A stretch of DNA of 64,000 bases, from assembly GCA_002269645.1 (NCBI GenBank), contig NIVC01001075.1, positions 283,053 to 347,052 of the forward strand. The letters are read 5' to 3'. Origin of the DNA: Macrostomum lignano (lineage: Eukaryota). Positions 52,701 through 64,000 of the stretch are shown here, piece after piece. The translations under genes and the position numbers were made by a program. The first letter of the stretch is position 1, and the number at the start of each line of letters is the position of its first letter. The notes beneath the pieces are model-generated. The model ran no database searches. It was given only the letters and a program-made list of their open reading frames with translations, and had not been told where the DNA came from.

Positions 52701-55700
52701 TTCCCTACAGATTGGTGTGATTCCCTACAGACTGGTGTGATTCCCTACAGACTGGTGTGATTCCCTACAGACTGGTGTGATTCCCTACAGACTGGTGTGA
52801 TTCCCTACAGACTGGTGTGATTCCCTACAGAATGGGCATGATTCCTTACAGACTGGTGTGATTCCCTACAGACTGGAGTGATTCCCTACAGACTGGTGTG
52901 ATTCCCTACAAACTGGTGTGATTCCCTACAGACTGGTGTGATTCACCACAGACTGGTGTGACTTCCTACAGACTGGTGTGATTCCCTACAGACTGGTGTG
53001 ATTCCCTACAGAATGGGCATGATTCCCTACAGATTGGTGTGATTCCCTAAAGAATGGGCATGATTCCCTACAGATTGGTGTGATTCCCTACAGTGTGATC
53101 CTTCGGCTGCAGGTTGACTTAAATAATCCTATGCACTTTTCTGTCCCCAGATTTTTTCATACCTCTGTGCACTCCGGCAGGAACTTGACCGTCTCAAAAA
53201 TTGGACAGTGATTGGGTCCGACATTCCACAGGATCTCCTTCCAGCGCTCGTGTTGAATCACAGCGGCCACCACCTCGCGCTCGCAGGACTTGGTGGCGTA
53301 GTTAAAAAACAGCATACCGTCGGAGTCTTGAAGGACTGCGGCACCGCTGGAGAGCAGGAAGGTCACTGTGCTGGCTTGACCAAACTCGGCCGCCAAGTGG
53401 AGGGCCGTTTTCTAAGAAAGTTTACAAAGACAGAAACATTTAAAATAGCAATCGTGACTGCAACAGAAACAAAAAGCTTGCTCTCGGAGAGGTATTTAAA
53501 AATTGGTACCAGGAATCGTCCAACTCTCGGCGTTTTACAGCAGGACGGCATCGAAAAATGCCTGGAACCCCCTGTAGAGCATGGAGAAACATGACAAGCA
53601 CAGAGACCTGATCTCTGGTACAAAGACTGTTGACACTCCTGCAGTACTCTAGCTTTGATTTTTTCAACTAATGAGCACGAGAAAGTTGCTTAGTCTTGGT
53701 GCTCATCTTAATCACAGTTCTTGTCGTCACATTCACTTGCAATGTGCGAGCGTCAGTGCTCGCTGTACTCTTAGCAAAAGTTAGTCTGACCCACGACAGA
53801 CCCACCTCGAGTCGATTTTTTGCGTCGATAATTCCATGATTAACGGCTAGAATGAGTTTGGCCACGTCAATGTGGCCCTGTTTGGCGACCAGGTGAAGCG
53901 CAGTGTTGCCGTTGGTGTCTCTGAAATTTTTATAGTTTTTTTAGATTAGGGGTGTCAGAGACGTCGCTCTGGGATTTCAAAGACTTCACTCTTGGGTGTC
54001 AGAGACGTCGCTCTGGGATTTCAAAGACTTCACTCTTGGGTGTCAGAGACGTCACTCTGGGATTTCAAAGACTTCACTCTTGGGTGTCAGAGACGTCGCT
54101 CTGGGATTTCAAAGACTTCACTCTTGGGTGTCAGAGACGTCGCTCTGGGATTTCAAAGACTTCACTCTTGGGTGTCAGAGACGTCGCTCTGGGATTTCAA
54201 AGACTTCACCCTGGGGTATCAGAGACCGTCATTTTGGGATATCAGAGACGATACTTATCAGGAGCAAGAGACCCCCTTTGGGTAATGAGAGGCGCTAGTG
54301 AATGGAAAATATTAAAAATGCTCACTTCAGCAGTACGGAGCCCCGCTGCAGCAGCAGGCCGACAACCTTTGCGTGGCCGCCCTCGGCAGCCAGGTGCAGC
54401 GGCGACTTACCCTGCCGGTCTACAATATTCAGCAGCATCGGGCACGAGTCAATCAAACTGCGACAAGTGTTAAATCGGCCGTATCTGGCTGCAAAGTGCA
54501 ACGGCGAGCTGAAGTCCAGGTTGAGCACGTAACACTCGGCGCCAAGCTTCAGCAGGACGTTGGTGACGGCCATGTAGCCCTTTCTGATGGCGTAGTGCAG
54601 CGGGGTGCACCCGAATGTGTCCTTCTGATTGAGCTGTCCGGCGAACTTCTGTGGTGGATGCGGGAGGGCGAAGGCAGAGGTTGAGCCAACTCACTCATAA
54701 ACTCATGAACTCACTGATGAACTGGTGAGCTCACTCACCAAGCTTGTTTCGTTGGTGAACAGACCGGTCATACGCTCGCATTGACTGCCAGCTATGATTG
54801 ACAGGTGTAAGAAATTTCTCCCATCCCGATCCACAGCCGAAACATCAGCTCCGTGCGCCAGCAGGGCTCGAATGCAGTCCACAGCTGCCTGTCGAGCTGA
54901 CAACAGCAGCACTGTGTCTTCTTGACAGTCCCGCAGTTCAACATTGGCGCTTGGCTGTTGGGTTGGTGAGGAGAATAGCAGAGCTCAGTGAAGGATCGGT
55001 GAGGAGAATAGCAGAGCTCAGTGAAAGATCAGTGAGGAGAATAGCAGAGCTCAGTGAAGAATCGGTGAGGAGAATAGCAGAGCTCAGTGAAGGAGCGGGG
55101 AGGAGAATAGCAGAGCTCAGTGAAGGATCGGTGAGGAGAATAGCAGAGCTCAGTGAAAGATCAGTGAGGAGAATAGCAGAGCTCAGTGAAGGAGCGGGGA
55201 GGAGAATAGCAGAGCTCAGTGAAGGATCGGTGAGGAGAATAGCAGAGCTCAGTGAAGGATCGGTGAGGAGAATAGCAGAGCTCAGTGAAAGATCAGTGAG
55301 GAGAATAGCAGAGCTCAGTGAAGAATCGGTGAGGAGAATAGCAGAGCTCAGTGAAGAATCGGTGAGGAGAATAGCAGAGCTCAGTGAAGGATCGGGGAGG
55401 AGAATAGCAGAGCTCAGTGAAGGATCAATGAGGAGAATAGCAGAGCTCAGTGAAGGATCAGTGAGGAGAATAGCAGAGCTCAGTGAAGGATCAATGAGGA
55501 GAATAGCAGAGCTCAGTGAAGAATCGGTGAGGAGAATAGCAGAGCTCAGTGAAGGATCGGGGAGGAGAATAGCAGAGCTCAGTGAAGAATCGGTGAGGAG
55601 AATAGCAGAGCTCAGTGAAGAATCAATGAGGAGAATAGCAGAGCTCAGTGAGTTGAGGGGATATGAGTTGATGAATCAGACCCTCACCTGAAGCAGCAGC

Positions 55701-58700
55701 AGGTTCAGTGCGTTGACCGATCAAAAATGACAGCCTTGTGCAGCGGAGTCTGCCCATTGATGTCGCGTCGTGCCAAAACGATCGCAGCTCTCTGTGGCTG
55801 GTGCCGCAGCATCAGGTCCAGCATTTCGGTTTCACCTTTCAGCGCCCCAAGATGGACGGCGGTGCTGCCGTCCCCAGTTGATTCCACATCGTGCTCGGAA
55901 ACTTTGTACGGCCTCGGCGGAGTGTCAATCTCGGCGCCCAGCTGCAGGCAGAGCCGGAGGCAGGTCGGGTCACCCGAAGTCACGGCCAGGTGCAGCGGCA
56001 GGTTGCCCTCCATGTCTGGGTGACTCATCAGGCCGCAGCTGGGCATGCCGAGAGTCTCACAATTGGCTCTGACCATGAAGTCGAGGCACCGCTTGCTGGC
56101 ATGGACAACCGACACGTGCACCGGATAGCTTCCAAGCGATTGGGGATGCAGAGCTTCAGACCGCGCTGCGTCTAAGTTTGAGTATGGATTGAGTATGGAT
56201 TGAGTATGGATTGAGTATGGCTTGAGTATGGTTTGAGTATGGTTTGAGTATGGCTTGAGTATGGCTTGAGTATGGCTTGAGTATGGCTTGAGTATGGCTT
56301 GAGTATGGCTTGAGTATGGATTGAGTATGGTTTGAGTAAGGATTGAGTATGAGTTTGAGTATGGTTTGAGTATGGCTTGAGTATGGATTGAGTATGGCTT
56401 GAGTATGGCTTGAGTATGGCTTGAGTATGGTTTGAGTATGGTTTGAGTATGGTTTGAGTATGGTTTGAGTATGGTTTGAGTATGGTTTGAACGCAGTTAA
56501 AGCACTGCCTAAGCATGAGTTTCAGTGTGGTTCGAACTGTAAATTTTAACATTGTTTTACTTAAAATTGTTCCTAAGTCAATCATTAGTGCTATGGAACA
56601 TTAATATATATATTGCAATAAACTTTGGTTCAGTTCTAATCTGTTGAAATTCCCACAAGCACAGTAGGGCTTAGCTCATCTGGAAACACAATAGCGCCAA
56701 TTCAAATTTACAATATCAACAAAATAACGAGCCCATTGGTGACTCAGTGTACATGTACCTGTGCAAATATCCTATTAGTAAGCGGCCAACTTCTTCAACC
56801 CATAGCCATCTATTTGGTGTGATAAGGGGATAGGGCTGGGTGAGACAACTGGAGTGAATCTGGTAGAGCTGGAGTGAATCTGGTAGGCCTGGAGTGAATC
56901 TGGTAGGCCTGGAGTGAATCTGGTAGGCCTGGAGTGAATCTGGTAGGCCTGGAGTGAATCTAGTAGGCCTGGAGTGAATCTAGTAGGCCTGGAGTGAATC
57001 TAGTAGGCCTGGAGTGAATCTGGTAGGCCTGGAGTGAATCTGGTAGGCCTGGAGTGAATCTGGTAGGCCTGGAATGAATCTGGTAGGCCTGGAGTAAATC
57101 TGGTAGGCCTGGAATGAATCTGGTAGGCCTGGAGTAAATCTGGTAGGCCTGGAGTGAATCTGGTAGGCCTGGAGTGAATCTGGTAGGCCTGGAGTGAATG
57201 TCTCACTCACCAGAACCTCCAGCGCCTCAGCCGAGTCATTTAGGCAGGCAAAGTGAGCGGCCGTGTATCCCTGATAGCCCTGCAGATTCAGCTCGATGCC
57301 TGGCGACTGGCACAGCTCCACAATGCAGGCTGTCAGGTTCATCTCGCTGGCCAGGTGAATTGGGGCAGTTTTGGTTGCTCGCGCCAGCACGTTTGGCTCG
57401 GCGCCAAGTCTCAGCAGCTGGCGGACGGCGAGAGGCCGATCCGAGGCCACTGCCTCGTGCAGCGGGGTCCGACCGAAGCTGTCCTGCGCGTTCAGGTCTG
57501 GAGGGGGGGCACAGCCGAGACTAACAATTAGCCTACGAGTTAGGCCATCAATTAGAATAATAATTAGTCTACGAGTTAGGCAATCAATTAGACTAATAAT
57601 TAGCCAACGAGTTAGGCAATCAATTAGATTTATAATTAGCCTACGAGTTAGGCAATCAATTAGACTAATAATTAGCCAACGAGTTAGGCAATCAATTAGA
57701 TTTATAATTAGCCTACGAGTTAGGCAATCAATTAGACTAATAATTAGCCTACAAGTTAGGCCATCAATTAGACTAATAATCAATTAGGCTAACAGTTAGG
57801 CTATCAATTAGAATAATGATTGGGCTTTTGAGTGGGTTGTCAGACAGCACCACGAAGTAAGAATATCTATTGTGCTGTTAGGGATTAAAATAAAAACCGG
57901 CCGTTTAAATAGGCTACTGATTAGACTAACGAAAAGACAAAAAAAATAAGGTACTTACTTAACTACCTTTTAGACTAATAAATAAGCTATCAATTAGACT
58001 GCCAAATAAACTACTAATTTGGCCTATGAAGACTATGAATTAGGTTACACGAGGGTAAATTAGACTACAAATTATACTATAAATGATACTACGAAGTAGA
58101 CTATAAACTAAACTACGAATAAAACTATAAATTAGACTACGAATAAAACTAGAAATTAGACTACGAATAAAACTAGAAATTAGACTACGAATAAAACTAG
58201 AAATTAGACTATGAATAAAACTAGAAATTAGACTACGAATAAAACTAGAAATTAGACTATGAATAAAACTAGAAATTAGACTATGAATAAAACTATAAAT
58301 TAGACTACGAATAAAACTAGAAATTAGACTACGAATAAAACTAGAAATTAGACTACGAATAAAACTAGAAATTAGACTACGAATAAAACTAGAAATTAGA
58401 CTATGAATAAAACTAGAAATTAGACTACGAATAAAACTAGAAATTAGACTACGAATAAAACTAGAAATTAGACTACGAATAAAACTAGAAATTAGACTAC
58501 GAATAAAACTAGAAATTAGACTACGAATAAAACTAGAAATTAGACTACGAATGAAGCTATAAATTAGACTACGAATAAAACTAGAAATTAGACTACGAAT
58601 AAAAACTAGAAATTAGACTACGAATAAAACTAGAAATTAGACTACGAATAAAACTAGAAATTAGACTACGAATAAAACTAGAAATTAGACTACGAATAAA

Positions 58701-61396
58701 ACTAGAAATTAGACTACGAATAAAACTAGAAATTAGACTACGAATAAAACTAGAAATTAGACTACGAATAAAACTAGAAATTAGACTACGAATAAAACTA
58801 GAAATTAGACTATGAATAAAACTAGAAATTAGACTACGAATAAAACTAGAAATTAGACTACGAATAAAACTAGAAATTAGACTACGAATAAAACTAGAAA
58901 TTAGACTACGAATAAAACTAGAAATTAGACTACGAATAAAACTAGAAATTAGACTACGAATAAAACTAGAAATTAGACTACGAATGAAGCTATAAATTAG
59001 ACTACGAATAAAACTAGAAATTAGACTACGAATAAAACTAGAAATTAGACTACGAATAAAACTAGAAATTAGACTACGAATAAAACTAGAAATTAGACTA
59101 CGAATAAAACTAGAAATTAGACTACGAATAAAACTAGAAATTAGACTACGAATAAAACTAGAAATTAGACTACGAATAAAACTAGAAATTAGACTACGAA
59201 TGAAGCTATAAATTAGAATAAGAGTTAGTGCTTCTGCCAGTATTGAAATTGTATTGCAATGAGTTTTCTATGATTTTTAGAAATAGACGAAAAATTCCCT
59301 AATCGAAGCATCGACTTATTTCAACTTTCACCACTGATTCCTTATGCAAGGTTTTATTGCCACTTTTTGTGTAACCCCAGCAAACAGTCGACTTACTGCA
59401 AACACGGTACCACTTTATCGAAATATTTTTCAACTTAATTATTTGCTCAAAGCTTCGAAGCCATGTTAGGTTTTGCATCAAGATCTCGATCTGTTTGCCA
59501 TGCAAAAAATAAATATTATAGCCCTGAACTGTAGAAGTGGTTGCCATGGTAACTCAAGACGAAACTGAAAAATGTTTTTAGAAACCTTCATCTATTTTTT
59601 CGCGGCGGGGAAATGTTGATACAGGGTGAAAGCAAGACACGAGAACTACTTAGTTATTCAGTCTGAACTTTCATAGCTGTAAGGGTTTTCGTAAGCTTCG
59701 GATCTGAAGGCTTTTAGGAGCTGAAGGCTTTTAGGAGCTGAAGGCTTTTAGGAGCTGAAGGCTTTTAGGAGCTGAAGGCTTTTAGGAGCTGAAGGCTTTT
59801 AGGAGCTGGAGGCTTTAGGAGCTGAAGGCTTTTAGGAGCTGAAGGTTCTCAGGAGCTGAAGGTTCTTAGGAGCTAAAGGTTTTTAGGAGTGAAGGTTCTT
59901 AAGAGCTGAAGGTTTTTAGGAGCTGAAGGTTTTTAGGATCTGAAGGTTTTTAGGAGCTGAAGGCTTTTAGGAGCTGAAGGTTCTTAGGAGCTGAAGGTTT
60001 TTAGGAGCTGAAGGTTCTTAGGAGCTGAAGGTTTTTAGGAGCTGAAGGTTTTTAGGAGCTGGAGGTTTTAGAGCTGAAAGCTTTTAGGAGCTGAAGGCTT
60101 TTAGTAGCTGAAGGTTCTTAGGAGCTGAAGGTTCTTAAGATCTGAAGGTTTTTAGGATCTGAAGGTTTTTAGGAGCTGAAGGCTTTTAGGAGCTGAAGGT
60201 TCTTAGGAGCTGAAGGTTCTTAGGGGCTGAAGTTTTTTAGGAGCTGAAGGTTTTTAGGAGCTGAAGGTTCTCAGGAGCTGAAGGTTCTCAGGAGCTGAAG
60301 GTTCTTAGGAGCTGAAGTTTTTTAGGAGCTGAAGGTTTTTAGGAGCTGAAGTTTTTTAGGAGCTGAAGGTTCTTAGGAGCTGAATGCTTTTAGGAGCTGA
60401 AGGTTTTTAGGAGCTGAAGGTTCTTAGGAGCTGAAGGCTTTTAGGAGCTGAAGGTTCTTAGGAGCTGAAGGTTCTCAGGAGCTGAAGGTTCTTAGGAGCT
60501 AAAGGTTTTTAGGAGCTGAAGTTCTTAGGAGCTGAAGGTTTTAGGATCTGAAGGTTTTTAGGATCTGAAGGTTTTTAGGAGCTGAAGGCTTTTAGGAGCT
60601 GAAGGTTCTTAGGAGCTGAAGGTTCTTAGGGGCTGAAGTTTTTAGGAGCTGAAGGCTTTTAGGAGCTGAAGGTTCTTAGGAGCTGAAGGTTCTTAGGGGC
60701 TGAAGTTTTTTAGGAGCTGAAGGTTTTAGGAGCTGAAGGTTCTCGGGAGCTGAAGGTTCTCAGGAGCTGAAGGTTCTTAGGAGCTGAAGTTTTTTAGGAG
60801 CTGAAGTTTTTTAGGAGCTGAAGTTTCTTAGGAGCTGAATGCTTTTAGGAGCTGAAGGCTTTTAGGAGCTGAAGGTTTTTAGGAGCTGAAGGTTTTTAGG
60901 AGCTGAAGGTTTTTAGGAGCTGAAGGTTCTTAGGAGACTGAAGATTCTTAGGAGAACTGAAGGTTCTTAGGAGACTGAAGGTTCTTAGGAGAACTGAAGA
61001 TTCTTAGGAGACTGAAGTTCTTAGGAGACTGAAGGTTCTTAGGAGACTGAAGGTTATTAGGAGACTGAAGATTCTTAGGAGACTGAAGTTCTTAGGAGAC
61101 TGAAGGTTCTTAGGAGACTGAAGGTTCTTAGGAGACTGAAGATTCTTAGGAGACTGAAGGTTCTTAGGAGAACTGAAAAGTTCGCTGCAACGAAAAGTTT
61201 TAGTAACTAAAAAGACTCATCAAGACTGCTCAAGCGGCATGTTACCTGCTCCCATATCCGCCAGCAGTTGAATCGCGTCCACTCGACCTTGCTTCGCGGC
61301 GCGTGCATCAAACCCTGACCGGTTCGTCTGTTTCCCTTAGCAGCAGACGGTTGCTAAGCAGTCTGGATTTAAGCTGCTCAAAGCTGGTATTGGAAT
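38512..61396 (-). CDS. TRPA1: TRPA1-like ankyrin-repeat cation channel (5' end uncertain; several 1-nt deletions in this sequence)
   Basis: Exons 61396-61246, 57497-57211, 56171-55688, 54954-54739, 54648-54326, 53920-53806, 53411-53163, 48781-48743, 48671-48573, 48476-48406, 48191-48050, 48000-47819, 46786-46617, 45991-45829, ~43556-43239, 42580-~42405, 40682-40317, 38676-38512. Many ankyrin repeats (GRTPLHEAV, GCTPLHYAI, GKSPLHLAAEGGH); LLTHPLCTAYLSMKWRQYG; AWVNFVMFFQR-GIYVIMF; pore MMMMGDIDF; LLINLLIGLAVGDI; C-terminal coiled coil. A possible further 5' exon lies at 61620-61481. Confidence 0.93.
38695..39610. repeat. Compound ~20-bp minisatellite (TGTGACTGTGACTGACTAAT), intronic
   Basis: Fills the last TRPA intron next to its acceptor. 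Confidence 0.94.
39610..40205 (-). repeat. 17-bp minisatellite, inverted copy of 36495-37330
   Basis: GTGTCGATACTGATTGA, ~35 copies. Confidence 0.95.
40704..40758. repeat. (GA)n microsatellite acting as polypyrimidine tract on the minus strand
   Basis: About 20 nt from the acceptor of exon 40682-40317. Confidence 0.95.
41500..41810 (-). mobile_element. tRNA-headed SINE candidate
   Basis: Minus strand GTAGCCCAGTGGTCTAACACGGCGCTCTCATGTGCCAGCGGCCCAGGCTCGATTCC: A-box-like TAGCCCAGTGG and B-box-like GGCTCGATTCC at tRNA spacing; related fragments at 4251-4335 and ~4985-5045. Confidence 0.55.
42715..43015. repeat. ~53-bp tandem repeat, intronic
   Basis: CTCTCACCTACCGCTAATTACCTGTACATTAGATAAGCTGATAACCGTTACCC, ~5 copies. 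Confidence 0.92.
43685..45605. repeat. 25-bp minisatellite (GATCTGATAGTCTGTAGCTCTGTGG), ~77 copies, intronic
   Basis: Source of the 656-aa and 350-aa pseudo-ORFs. Confidence 0.97.
46136..46495 (+). mobile_element. Third copy of the hAT MITE (left end clear, right end degraded)
   Basis: CAGGCGTCGACAAACT...GGCCCGCTAAGCCTCTCTATCCGG...CGGGTCCTTTGAAACTTCACAATAGCAATCC aligns with 5062-5140; preceded by CTGTAGAA. Confidence 0.7.
46997..47150. mobile_element. ~155-bp near-perfect palindrome (foldback MITE-like)
   Basis: Arms pair around a central AGTCACGTGACT; ATCCTGCA direct repeat on both flanks (46982-46989, 47155-47162). Confidence 0.7.
47352..47777. repeat. 23-bp minisatellite (CAACAGCACCCCAACAGCAGTAA), intronic
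   Basis: ~18 copies. Confidence 0.95.
48865..53095. repeat. 20/21-bp satellite (ACAGACTGGTGTGATTCCCT), ~210 copies, with a 1327-bp higher-order period
   Basis: Rare variant CTTACAG recurs at 50191, 51518 and 52845. Confidence 0.97.
53950..54215. repeat. 44-bp tandem repeat, intronic
   Basis: GGGTGTCAGAGACGTCGCTCTGGGATTTCAAAGACTTCACTCTT, ~6 copies. Confidence 0.95.
54962..55652. repeat. 33-bp minisatellite, intronic
   Basis: GGTGAGGAGAATAGCAGAGCTCAGTGAAGGATC, ~21 copies; source of the SVRRIAELSEG pseudo-ORF. Confidence 0.96.
56175..56490. repeat. 11-bp minisatellite (TTGAGTATGGC) abutting an acceptor
   Basis: ~28 copies. Confidence 0.95.
56848..57200. repeat. 20-bp minisatellite (CTGGAGTGAATCTGGTAGGC) abutting a donor
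   Basis: ~17 copies. Confidence 0.95.
57522..57830. repeat. 36-bp tandem repeat, intronic
   Basis: CAATTAGACTAATAATTAGCCTACGAGTTAGGCAAT, ~8 copies. Confidence 0.92.
58070..59220. repeat. 24-bp minisatellite (TAGACTACGAATAAAACTAGAAAT), intronic
   Basis: ~45 copies. Confidence 0.96.
59703..61178. repeat. 17/18-bp minisatellite (CTGAAGGTTCTTAGGAG), intronic
   Basis: ~85 copies with T-run variation. Confidence 0.96.
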
Positions 61397-61876
61397 CTGT
61401 CGTGGAAATATTAGGCAACAAATAATGCTTGTACGAATTCTATTTAATATTTCTGCACTGTAATCACTAAATGCACTCACAGAGACCAACTCCGATTTAT
61501 CCAGCTGATATTCGCTTCTATCGAAGTGTCAGAAGCTGCCAGAGCGGTCTGCATGGAGACCATAGAAACGTTGAACGAGGCATCCGACTGCTTTTTCAAT
61601 AGTTTTATCACAGAATTCATTAAGTTTGATCTGTTTGAAAAGCTAACTATGTATATTCGTTAGATATGATCGACTCGCAAGAAAGCATTTTCTGCTCCGT
61701 GATTTTATAGGCCAAGGTTATCAAACCCATAGCTGTCAGGCCAGGATCAGAGCTTTTGGAATCAGGAGACGATCGAGGCCGGCCAATCAGGAGCAGCCTT
61801 GACAATTGGAAATGTCCAACCATTTTCCACTTCCTGAAGACAAAGTTTGAACTGATGTATAAGGGCAGGAGGGTTA

Positions 61877-63446
61877 GGCTCGGTCCTTTGAAACTTCACT
61901 ATAGCAATCCGGCCACACAAAGTTTGTGTCTCTTCTTAGCTCTCTTCTCTCACCTCTCCTTCAACTCTCCTTCTCCTCTCTCCCGCAGTCATGCGCTAGG
62001 TTCTCTACGAGTATCTGTATCTGCTAGGTTCTCTACGAGTATCTGTATCTGCTAGGTTCTCTACGAGTATCTGTATCTGCTAGGTTCTCTACGAGTATCT
62101 GTATCTGCTAGGTTCTCTACGAGTATCTGTATCTGCTAGGTTTCTACGAGTATCTGTATCTGCTAGTCTCTACGAGTATCTGTATCTGCTAGGTTCTCTA
62201 CGAGTATCTGTATCTGCTAGGTTCTCTACGAGTATCTGTATCTGCTAGGTTCTCTACGAGTATCTGTATCTGCTAGGTTCTCTACGAGTATCTGTATCTG
62301 CTAGGTTCTCTACGAGTATCTGTATCTGCTAGGTTCTCTACGAGTATCTGTATCTGCTAGGTTCTCTACGAGTATCTGTATCTGCTAGGTTCTCTACGAG
62401 TAATCTGTATCTGCTAGGTTCTCTACGAGTATCTTATCTGCTAGGTTCTCTACGAGTATCTGTATCTGCTAGGTTCTCTACAGATCTGTATCTGCTAGGT
62501 TCTCTACGAGTATCTGTATCTGCTAGTTCTCTACGAGTATCGTATCTGCTAGGTTCTCTACGAGTATCTGTATCTGCTAGTTCTCTACAGTATCGTATCT
62601 GCTAGGTTCTCTACGAGTATCTGTATCTGCTAGGTTCTCTACGAGTATCTGTATCTGCTAGGTCTCTACGAGTATCTGTATCTGCTAGGTTCTCTACGAG
62701 TATCTGTATCTGCTAGGTTCTCTACGAGCATCTGTATCTGCTAGGTTCTCTACGAGTATCTGTATCTGCTAGGTTCTCTACGAGTATCTGTATCTGCTAG
62801 GTTCTCTACGAGTATCTGTATCTGCTAGGTTCTCTACGAGTATCTGTATCTGCTAGGTTCTCTACGAGTATCTGTATCTGCTAGGTTCTCTACGAGTATC
62901 TGTATCTGCTAGGTTCTCTACGAGTATCTGTATCTGCTAGGTTCTCTACGAGTATCTGTATCTGCTAGGTTCTCTACGAGTATCTGTATCTGCTAGGTTC
63001 TCTACGAGTATCTGTATCTGCTAGGTTCTCTACGAGTATCTGTATCTGCTAGGTTCTCTACGAGTATCTGTATCTGCTAGGTTCTCTCTACGAGTATCTG
63101 TATCTGCTAGGTTCTCTACGAGTATCTGTATCTGCTAGGTTCTCTACGAGTATCTGTATCTGCTAGGTTCTCTACGAGTATCTGTATCTGCTAGGTTCTC
63201 TACGAGTATCTGTATCTGCTAGGTTCTCTACGAGTATCTGTATCTGCTAGGTTCTCTACGAGTATCTGTATCTGCTAGGTTCTCTACGAGTATCTGTATC
63301 TGCTAGGTTCTCTACGAGTATCTGTATCTGCCTAGGTTCTCTACGAGTATCTGTATCTGCTAGTTCTCTACGAGTATCTGTATCTGCTAGGTTCTCTACG
63401 AGTATCTGTATCTGGCCCATGAGGTAAAGGTCTGCCGCGACTCCTG
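61877..63446 (+). mobile_element. Fourth hAT MITE copy containing a 28-bp minisatellite (61993-63413, ~50 copies)
   Basis: Left part CGGTCCTTTGAAACTTCACTATAGCAATCCGGCC matches the family; right end GTATCTGGCCC...TGCCGCGACTCCTG followed by GTTTAGGC; array unit GCTAGGTTCTCTACGAGTATCTGTATCT. Confidence 0.75.
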
Positions 63447-63504
63447 GTTTAGGCACACGAATTCAAGTGCACGGGTCAAGTTCTTCTTGCCCACTTTTAA
63501 ATAT

Positions 63505-63890
63505 AAGAATCAAGTTGCCAGCCCCTCCGGATCGTCGAGATATTCAACGATTCTGCCAGAAGGTCGGATTTTTCCATAAGCACCAGTGTATTCAAATACA
63601 TGCCTGTGCGCCAATCAGCACTGAGCCTCAGTGCAGCCTTGCCAAGCCTCCAAATTTCATCAGCACGTCGACCACATGTGTCTGCATCAGCTCTGCCTAC
63701 GTTGGTCACTGGCTTTCACCCAGGCGGAGCTTCTGGACCTTCAACAGGCTGGTGCAACTCAGATGATCAGTTATTCTTGACATTAGATCGTAGGCGAACC
63801 TCAACTGCTGGGCATCCTCAACTAGTCTCTCAAGCATGCAGCCATCGTCCTGGCCGTGGCACCGTCGGCACGTTTCAGCAGGTGGCACTG
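63505..63890 (+). mobile_element. Second copy of the Gypsy-pol-like dispersed repeat
   Basis: Reverse complement of 25440-25695 with scattered substitutions. Confidence 0.55.
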
Positions 63891-64000
63891 GGAAAAATTC
63901 AAATGAATTCCAATTTTTAATCCTCAGGTATATACAGTTGAAATGAGTTTAAACTCAATTGAAGTCAATTGATTGCGATTAAATTACCAACAGAACTCCT

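Noticed and set aside
53440-53623. Possible extra TRPA exon after an acceptor-like CTACAG at 53572
   Set aside because: Exons 53920-53806 and 53411-53163 join in frame into a continuous ankyrin repeat without it.
54798-55691. 297-aa coiled-coil-like ORF (SVRRIAELSEG)n
   Set aside because: Antisense translation of a 33-bp intronic minisatellite.
59299-59547. 82-aa minus-strand ORF in a TRPA intron
   Set aside because: AT-rich, no ankyrin similarity; the flanking exons 61246 and 57497 already join in phase 1.
61481-61620. Candidate first TRPA exon (MNSVIKLLKKQ..., strong GTGAGT donor)
   Set aside because: Its phase does not match the next exon as the sequence stands, so it was left out of the CDS call; it may be real if local indels are errors.

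Overview
Eukaryotic, intron-rich, minisatellite-saturated animal DNA. GC-rich exons alternate with ~50-130 nt AT-rich introns or kb-scale introns, most filled by their own tandem repeat; this resembles a free-living flatworm such as Macrostomum (inference only). Four spliced genes can be reconstructed by hand: (1) a divergent casein-kinase-1-family kinase (+, 4551-12326) whose HxD-to-DFG segment is split by a 4453-bp element with 37-bp perfect TIRs and a 2-bp AG TSD (CACTA/CMC-like); (2) a JIP3/JIP4 (UNC-16) homologue (-, 23069-15161, 8 exons, ~598 aa) that seems to lack the C-terminal beta-propeller; (3) a 19-exon, ~1527-aa WD40 protein (+, 24509-36185); (4) a TRPA1-like channel (-, ~61396-38512) with several single-base deletions that may be assembly errors. 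There are two intronless orphan ORFs, a hAT MITE family (one copy has spawned a 28-bp minisatellite), a tRNA-headed SINE candidate, a Gypsy-pol-like dispersed repeat, a ~155-bp palindrome and about 30 distinct tandem arrays. Most long ORFs in the six-frame track are translations of stop-free satellites. All coordinates were counted by eye; array edges are approximate.
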